Source: Gracilinanus agilis
Taxonomy: Eukaryota
Reading direction: 5' to 3'
Length of the DNA: 59,891 bases
Assembly: GCF_016433145.1 (NCBI RefSeq)
Contig: NC_058132.1
Span: forward strand, 89,174,432-89,234,322
The position numbers were made by a program, and so were the translations under genes. Under the pieces are notes generated by a model that searched no databases, was not told where the DNA came from, and saw only the letters and a list, made by a program, of their open reading frames with translations. Numbering within the stretch: position 1 is the first letter of the stretch; the number at the start of each line of letters is the position of its first letter. Shown piece by piece: positions 52,308 to 59,891 of the stretch.

Positions 52308-52439
52308 NNNNNNNNNNNNNNNNNNNNNNNNNNNNNNNNNNNNNNNNNNNNNNNNNNNNNNNNNNNNNNNNNNNNNNNNNNNNNNNNNNNNNNNNNNNNN
52401 NNNNNNNNNNNNNNNNNNNNNNNNNNNNNNNNNNNNNNN
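52308..52439. other. Assembly gap (132 N)
   Basis: Run of N. Confidence 1.
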
Positions 52440-53722
52440 ATAATTCAATTCTTTTGCAAGGTTATGCAGTTCATTTTATGCATTCTAAAACATTCTTAGA
52501 AGAGGTCAATAGACTTCCCCAGATTGACAAAAGTTTCACAACAAGTAATTTAATAATAAAAATAATTATAATAATTAAGAATCATTCCACAAAAAATTTT
52601 CCAATCTCCCAGGTGCTACTTTCTTTCCTACTGGGTCACTTAGTAAATTGTTGTTGTTGTTTATATGTTCTGTATATGTATATTTTTCTTCCCTGGTAGA
52701 ATGTAAGCTCCTTGTACACTAGAAATGTTTTCCCTTTGTATGGGTAGCCCAAATTTCTACCATAGGTCTTTGCCCATAATATGATGCATATGTCACTACC
52801 CTAATTAATTAACAACAATAGATTCTTATTGCCTTTAAGGTAAAATACAAAGTCTTGTTTCTTTCATTTTTGCCTAGAGTATACTTCCTCCTCTTTTCTG
52901 GTTTATAGATACTTTCTTCAAGACAGTTTCAATATAATCAAGCAATTTCTGTGGCAAACAGAGCAATCCTTCCCTGGCCCCACCCATCCTAGACCTATAC
53001 AAAAATACCTTACCATTGAAATAGTTGGTTCTCCTGTCTTGTCTGACACTGAAGTGAAAAGTGTTTTATGTTGAAAACACCCTTTCTTTCTCACTCTCCT
53101 AGGGCATGCAATGTTTGTGATAAAGGACCCAAAAGATATTATCTCTAAGGAATATGGACAACAGTCATGACAAAGAAAATTGCCCTCCCAGGACCCTAAG
53201 AGGTCTCAACACAGTTGGGTAATTCCCTAGGAGACCAGTAGAAAGTGGTCCACACTATTTTCTCCTTGAAGATTAGAAACAGAAGCTTCTCAAAATTAGG
53301 AAGTTGGTGTACTGGTACTTTTACCACTGGATTAAGACTGGGTGAAAAACAAAGCTTGTGCATGTGATAAAAAGTAATTTTTTTAATCACCAAAATTACT
53401 TTTTTGAAACAAAGAGAATAATCTACAATTCTATCTCAAATGTGTATAAACCATGTGATTTGGGGCAAGTCATTTAACTATTCATTCTCAATTACTCATC
53501 CATATGATGAGTAGCATATTTATGTTTACCACAAATAGTTTTTTTAAAGCTCAGATAATATAAGCTCTTTGAAAAATCTTTAAATGCCTTCTTAAAATCT
53601 GTTGCCTATTAGAAACTTCTATAAAAACATTTTATACAATGAAAATCAGGAGTTGAAAGAAAATTTTTTCATGCATCAGATGTTTCAAAAAAGTAAGCAT
53701 TATAATAATTCTTGCAAATCTC

Positions 53723-53780
53723 TCTATATCTATATCTATATCTATATCTGTATCTATATCTAGATATATATGTATATATA
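53723..53780. repeat. (CTATAT)n / (TA)n microsatellite
   Basis: Read directly from the sequence. Confidence 0.9.
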
Positions 53781-54469
53781 ATATGCCAGTTACTGAGGAC
53801 ATGACAACACAAAAACAAGAAAGACTCTATCCTCAATGAACATATAAACTACTGGGACAAATACAATATTCCATCAACCAAAAAAAATTGTCATAAGACA
53901 TAAGCAGGGAAACTACATTATTTTAAATTAATTATCAGTGAATATAAATCAAATATTAGTCATATATATAAAAGAAATGGAATAGCGCCTATATTTATGT
54001 GGGAAAATTTAAAATGAATTGAAAAATGAACATTGTGACATAATAATTATAGACTTTTTTTTTTCTTTCAGAGATAGCAAATTGAAGTATAAAGAAAAAC
54101 TTTTCAGTTGAATGAACTGTTGGATGACTTGGAACTGAAAGGAAAGAAAATGGGTAATAAATATTTCTCAGCCCTATCTGGTACCTTTGTGAAAATAGAA
54201 CCATATTTTATAAAAATAATATTTTAAAGCAAAAAATTAATAAAAAAGAAAAAACAATTTGGCATAATAGGTCAATATATTAAAAATGAAAAATTATGTG
54301 TTATGATTTGTTTAGCCATTCTCTAATTGAAAGTTACCTATTTTGTTTCCAATTCTTTGCTATTATTTCAAGTCTTCCTTGGAATATTTTCGAAGAGTTT
54401 ATGACTTTCTTCTAATTAATGGTATCCTTTAGGTATAAACATAGTAATGGAACTTCTGAATCAAAGCAT

Positions 54470-54681
54470 AGGACTCTATGTAGAGCCAAGGTAACAGAGT
54501 GGAAGCCTAGAAAGTTGGAACCACTCTGAGAAGTCTCTCAAACCAACCTTAAATGAAGAGTGAAAACAAATACTAGAGTGACAGAACCAGCCAGAGGACA
54601 GAGTAAAGCAACTCTCCTACAGAAAAAAAAAATTGGAAGGTAGTCTGAAAGGATCTATTTCATTGGGATAAGAAGGGATTA
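54470..54681 (+). mobile_element. Old L1 5' UTR start, interrupted by the Tigger element
   Basis: Resembles marsupial L1 5' ends (CAAGGTAACAGAGTGGAAG...CCTCTCAAACCAACCTTAAA). L1-like sequence resumes after about 56320. Confidence 0.5.
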
Positions 54682-56310
54682 CAGTGGTACCTTGACACCA
54701 GAGTTTAGCTTGTTCTATAGCCAAGCTTGTAACTCAATTTGCTCCTGTGTCAAATAGAATTTCCCTACTTCAATTAATGGAAATGCAATTAATCCATTTT
54801 GGCCCCCCCAAAACTCATGCAGTTTTCATTTTATATGCTTCTGAATAGGAAAATGTACTTTATAAATAACAAATAAATATATTTATAAATAGTAAGAAAT
54901 AAGGTAAAGAAATAAACTTGCTCATCAAAATTTATTTACCTTCAAGGTCAGTGAAGATGCTGGAGGAGAAGATTTTCATTCCATGCACTGTGTAAGAGTG
55001 AAAAAGGGGTTTTATGGGTTCAATATATTAAAGATGGTCTCCAGAAGATTGAACTATTATAAATCCTCAATTAAGAATAATCTCAAATCAAAATTGACTT
55101 TTATGGAAGTTTATTTACATGAGAAGAGAGAGAGGAAGTAAGGAAATAAGAATCTATCCCATTGATTAGTCCAGGTAGATCTTAACCCTCAGCCAAGGGT
55201 TAAAGGGCCTGATGCCTGGAGGTGAATGGAGCAAACTTCATTAACAATCTATAAAAAAGAAGTTTGTTAATAGAAGTTGAGGAAGATTCAGTCTTCACCA
55301 CATGGAACAGTCTTGGTCACAAACCAGCAAAGCTCCCTCAGGTCCCCTTCACCAAACCAGAAGACCTCTCACTCACTCGACTCCCTCTTTTAAAGGGGTC
55401 GCATATGTGTCACTTCTAGTGCCTTCCCCTAGCCTGCGTGTACAATCACAACAAACATTTTCTCATAAAAAGTTGATTCTGATTTGTTACTCACTAGGAC
55501 CTCCCAGAATTGGAAGGTGCTCTCACCTTTGGTGATTAAATCTAAAAATGGGCAGTGTAGGCCTAATCTAATTATCACACAATGTTACTTAATATACCTT
55601 ACTCTCTACACATGTAATGCTACATTTAAATACAAAATTGACCTTACACATTACTTATGATATGTAACTTTATTGCTAAAGTTAATTGCTATTTTTAAAC
55701 TATATCATCATTTTCTTCATTGAATTTTGACTGCTTTGTCACACTTTCCTTGATTTCTCCTAAAGGGCAATTTAACAAAAACCTTTCCATGGAAGTTTGT
55801 TTCTTCAAAATGTTTTGATAATATGTGAAACAAGTGTCATTACACAGCTCCAATGCATGACCTGTTGCAACTTTTTCTGGGTGTGTCTTTTCAATAAACT
55901 GTTAAATTTTCCCCAAATCCTCAAAATTTCCTTAATCTTGCCTGTTCTGAATACTTCATCTGCCTCTGGTTCCTTCCCAATAATTTTCTGCAAAACATCC
56001 ATATACTGCTATTGCTGTAACTCCTTCAATTTCTCCATCATCAAAACCCATGGTTAAAAGTTAAGAAATTTGCCAAAAAAACTGAAAGAAGAAAGCAAAA
56101 GCAACTCAGTACAGATGCTCACAAGATAAACATTGAAGTAAATGAGACAGACTCATGTAACTAGTGAAACAAAACATTTGGCAGGCTATCTAGTGGAAGG
56201 TGGCAGAAGCTCATGATTCAAATATCCACTCATGACTTAAAGCAAAAAATCCCAATTGTGACTGCTCATATCTCAAATTGCTTGTGACTTAAGGTGCTCA
56301 TGTATCAATA
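54682..56310 (-). mobile_element. TcMar-Tigger DNA transposon with internal deletion and transposase C-terminal remnant
   Basis: TA followed by CAGTGGTACCTTGACA terminus at 54682. Decayed opposite terminus CTCATGTATCAA at about 56297-56308. The minus strand gives EADEVFRTGKIKEILRIWGKF (ORF 55805-56002) and, after a frameshift, DTCFTYYQNILKKQTSMERFLL, a Tigger-type C-terminal motif. Confidence 0.7.
54991..55579 (-). mobile_element. Solo LTR nested in the Tigger element, 589 bp
   Basis: TGTAAGAG...ATCACA termini, 5-bp TSD CACTG/CAATG (4/5), TTTATT at about 55110. Confidence 0.7.
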
Positions 56311-56319
56311 CATACAAAG

Positions 56320-58065
56320 GACTACAAAATGCCCACCTACATGTATTGCTCCAGGTTCTGAACCTGGGCCCAAGCCAACTTCAAACCACTGAAACTCTGT
56401 CTAAAAGAATAGCAGAAATCCCCATATCTACCCTTGAAGTTCCAAGCCCTAGTGCAAGTCTGCAATGAGGCCCCAAGTTTCAACACAGGGTAGTCCGTAT
56501 TGTATCAGTATAGAACTAGCCCAGAGTGAGGCTCTAAGCATATGCCCTGGATTGAAGTGAGACCCTTAGCCCCAGCACAAGGTACTCATAGGGCTTTGAT
56601 CCCTACAAGTCACACATCAGTATCCCTCAGTGGAGATTAAATCAGCTTTCAGAGTTCCCAGCCCACGGGCCATTGTACTACACTGGAAGAACTGAAACTT
56701 GCAGAAACTCAAAACTAGAACTCAGTATAGCAGCAAGAAAATAAACTTGAGTTTAAGAGAGTGCTGCAAAGAGTACCCTTAATACACTGAGAACACAGCC
56801 CACTTTTATGATAAAAGTTAAAGTCAAGAAAAAAGGAAAAAGGAAACACCTAACCTTGGAAAATTTTTTCTGGAGACAAAGAGCAAGGCATAGAAATAGA
56901 AAGACACAATGAAAACAAAGCAAACACATATAAAAATTCAAAGAAAAATATGAATTGGTCCCAGGCTCTAGAAGAACTCAAGAAGGATTTTTAAGATCAA
57001 TTAAAATGGGCAGAGGAAAAATGGGGAAGAGAAATGTAACCAATGGAAAAAAAATGACAACAAAATTGGTCAAATGTAAAAGGTTGTTCAAAAGATCACA
57101 GAAGGATATATTTCCTGAAAATTTAGAATTGAGAAACTATAAGTTAATGACTTCATGAGACTTTAAGAAACAATAAAATGAAATCAAAAGAATTTTAAAA
57201 AGAAAAAAAACATGAAATATCTTATTGAGGGAAACAGTTGACCTGGGAAAGGCAATTAAAAAATTATTTGGTGTTCCAATGGTCATAAAAAAACCAAGAT
57301 ATAATACAAGAAATAATCAAAGAAAACTGCCCTAATATTCCTGAATAAGAGAGTAAAATAGAAATAGAAAGAAAATAGAGATAACCTCCAGAAATAAATC
57401 CCCAAATGACACCTCCCAGGAATATTATACCCCTGAAACCAAAGAGAAAATAATGCAGGCAGTCAGAAAGAAATAATTCAATTACCCTGAAACTATAATC
57501 AGAATCACATAGGACTTAACAGTCTCCAAATTATGGAATCAGGAAGCATAATATTCTGGAAGGCAAAAGATCTAGCTTTACAACTCAGAAGCACATTTCC
57601 AGCAAAACCAAATATATTCTTTCAAACAAAAAATAGTTGTTTAATAAAATATATTCTAGATATATGATTATCACCATTCCTGATAAAGATGTCTAAATAA
57701 AAGATCTAAGAGAAATCTAAAAAGCTAAATGAGAAAGAGAAAATGTAAGGGTTTGAATAAGATCAAAATGTACGTATCCCTACATGAAAAGATACTATTA
57801 GTGATTTTTTCCCTTTTTTTTGGTATTAGAGCAGTTAGAAAGAGAAAGATCATACACAGACAGAGTGTGATTAAAGATTACTTTATTACAAAAATGAACA
57901 ATATAGAAATAGATATTGAGTGATAATACATGTGTAATCCAGTGGAATTGCTTGTTGGCTCTGGGAGGAGGCAGGGAAAAGATGAGGGAAAGAACATGAA
58001 TCTTGTAAACATGGAAAATATTTAAAAAAATTAAAAATAATAAAAATAAAAATTAAAGAATTTTT
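56320..58065 (+). mobile_element. Old L1 remnant: 5' UTR and ORF1 joined to a 3' UTR with no ORF2 (approximate bounds)
   Basis: ORF1-like A-rich remnants at about 56820-57700, a short spacer, then an L1 3' UTR with A-rich tail at about 57900-58065. No endonuclease or RT motifs seen. Confidence 0.65.
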
Positions 58066-58121
58066 TTAAAGTTTTCCCCATTTAACCGCATTTTCTATCC
58101 TTGGTAATTAATGTTTTCTTT

Positions 58122-58306
58122 TCTTTTTTTTTTAAACTCAACTTCTGTATATTGGCTTCTTGGTGGAAGAGTGGTAAGGGTGGACAATGGGGGTCAAGTG
58201 ACTTGCCCAGGGTCACACAGCTGGGAAGTGTCTGAGGCCGGATTTGAACCTAGGATCTCCCGTCTCTAGGCCTGACTCTCAATCCACTGAGCTACCCAGT
58301 TGCTCC
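58122..58306 (-). mobile_element. SINE1_Mdo-like SINE
   Basis: 16-nt TSD AATTAATGTTTTCTTT at 58106-58121 and 58307-58322. Confidence 0.93.
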
Positions 58307-59149
58307 AATTAATGTTTTCTTTGTGCAGAAGCTTTTCAGGTTTATTTAGTTATTTATAAATATATATGATATATAATTGCTTTTATGTTTTAAAATGTAA
58401 CAAGGATTGGAAGTAAAAATTCAGTTCATCGAAACTATGTGATAATTTTTCCATCTGGTTAATATGTTTCAGTGGCATTTCAGAAATTGTGGCATGTTAT
58501 TTCATCATTACAATTTTCTTTCATATTACTATCAATTATTTCCATAATTTGATCTTTGGCAAAATAACTGTTAAGTTTACATTTGGGTCTCTGTACTTTA
58601 TTTATACTCCCTGAATGGATTGCTATTTTTTAGTCTCAGACAAGGAGAATTAATTAAGAACCTCATACCAGACAGTTCGTAAGTAATGGGGACAGAGAGA
58701 TTGGCAAAAAATGGCCTCTGCTCTCTGGGAGCTCACAGTCTAATGCAGAACACAACTTTCAAAGAACTACCAATGAGACATATGCAGCATAAAGTAGAAA
58801 TAAAAAAGTCAACAAAAAATTATAAAAATGAGTGGGATCATTCAAAGCTTCCTGTAAGAAATCAGATTTTTACTAAGACTTGAAGGGATAAGTGGAAGGC
58901 AGAGAAGTCAGTAAGAAAATATAGAGAATGAGAGAATTGTAAACCCTCAGAGAGCCAATAGAAATTCCCAGAATGAGGAAATAGAGCATTTTATCAGAGG
59001 ACTGACAAGGAAGACTATGTTAAAGAATCACAGATTAAGTGGTAGCTGTGTGAAAAGTGTAAGATAGTGGAAAAGTGGGAGCAAAGTACCTTATGGATGC
59101 CTTTGGATGACACAACTTTTGTTCAAAATTTTTCTGTTGTATCTGCCTC

Positions 59150-59370
59150 TTCAAGACCTCATTTGAGGTTTTGTTGGCAAAGATACTGGAGTGGTATACC
59201 ATTTTTTATTCTTTAGGTCATTTTACAGACAAAGAAACTGAAACAGTGTTTGGTGAGTCGCCCATTGTCACACATTTTGTTAAATGTCTGAGGCCAGATT
59301 TGAACTCAAGAACTCTTTCTGACTCTGGGATTATAACATTATCCTCTACACCACCTACTTGCTCTATTGA
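59150..59370 (-). mobile_element. MAR1-type marsupial SINE (approximate bounds)
   Basis: TTGGCAAAGATACTGGAGTGG...CATTTTACAGAC.AAGAAACTGA...TGTCTGAGGCCAGATTTGAACTC. Confidence 0.75.
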
Positions 59371-59754
59371 GAGCTCATAATTTGATTATCGACATGGATT
59401 TGTTGTCTATCTTTTAAAACATGATCTTGTTTCCTTGGTTATCACTTTTTGTGTTGTGAATGTTTGTTTTTGCTATGTCTGATGGGATTGTTATGACTCC
59501 TTTTATAGATTCAACTGATATATAGGTGTTCTTTTCCAGCTCTTAATTTTTTTGAGGGGGTGGGGTTTGGATGTCTTCTAATTTTTTTTAGCTGTGTTTC
59601 TTATAGGCAACCAGTTTAAGGATTTTCTTTTTCTTTTGAATTCTCTTATTCTTGTTAATCATATTCAATTCTTTAATATATTTCCATGCATAGTGCAAGA
59701 GTGAAAATTTTGAGACTGGCCCTAAATTGATAATTTTATTAAATCAAAAGTAGT

Positions 59755-59891
59755 GGGAGGGGACTTCCGGGTTAAGATGGCGGCAGAGTAAGAAGCAGCT
59801 CTTAACCTCTCCTGACCGAAACACACAAAACTCCTCAAGGGGACATAAAAACAAGTCCAGACGAACGGAGGAACCCCACAACAGGGCACAG
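59755..59891 (+). mobile_element. 5' end of a young, 5'-intact L1 (continues beyond the window)
   Basis: GGGAGGGGACTTCCGGGTTAAGATGGCGGC start with YY1 motif AAGATGGCGG (59774-59783). Five intact CpGs in 131 nt, preceded by a TT/AAA site. It interrupts an LTR-like start (TGCAAGAGTGAAAA at about 59694). Confidence 0.8.

Overview
Mammalian genomic DNA, most likely opossum (Monodelphis-type marsupial), inferred from SINE1_Mdo-like, MAR1/MIR and marsupial L1 repeats. It is a draft assembly with gaps at 7261-7760, 34933 and 52308-52439. The window holds one multi-exon folate-receptor (FOLR) family gene on the + strand. I spliced its four coding exons by hand (4182-4328, 5940-6128, 6371-6506, 7108-7260); the reading frame is open up to a gap that hides the C-terminus. 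Four intact single-exon class I olfactory receptors follow directly: two OR51-type (+), one OR52A-type (-) and one other OR52-type (-). The rest is L1, L2, MIR/MAR1, SINE1, LTR-like, hAT and Tigger repeats. The main observation is the FOLR gene sitting about 1.7 kb from a class I OR array, with a TATA promoter and a dense intronic GATA cluster. This recalls the chicken arrangement (erythroid folate receptor, beta-globin, ORs) rather than the human one. Other observations: unusual pocket residues in two ORs, candidate OR promoters and first exons, a 39-nt U2 snRNA retrocopy inside an L1, two hAT MITEs with shared ends but unrelated cores, and an L1/Tigger/LTR nest. Family names and structural numbering come from memory of the families, not from database searches.
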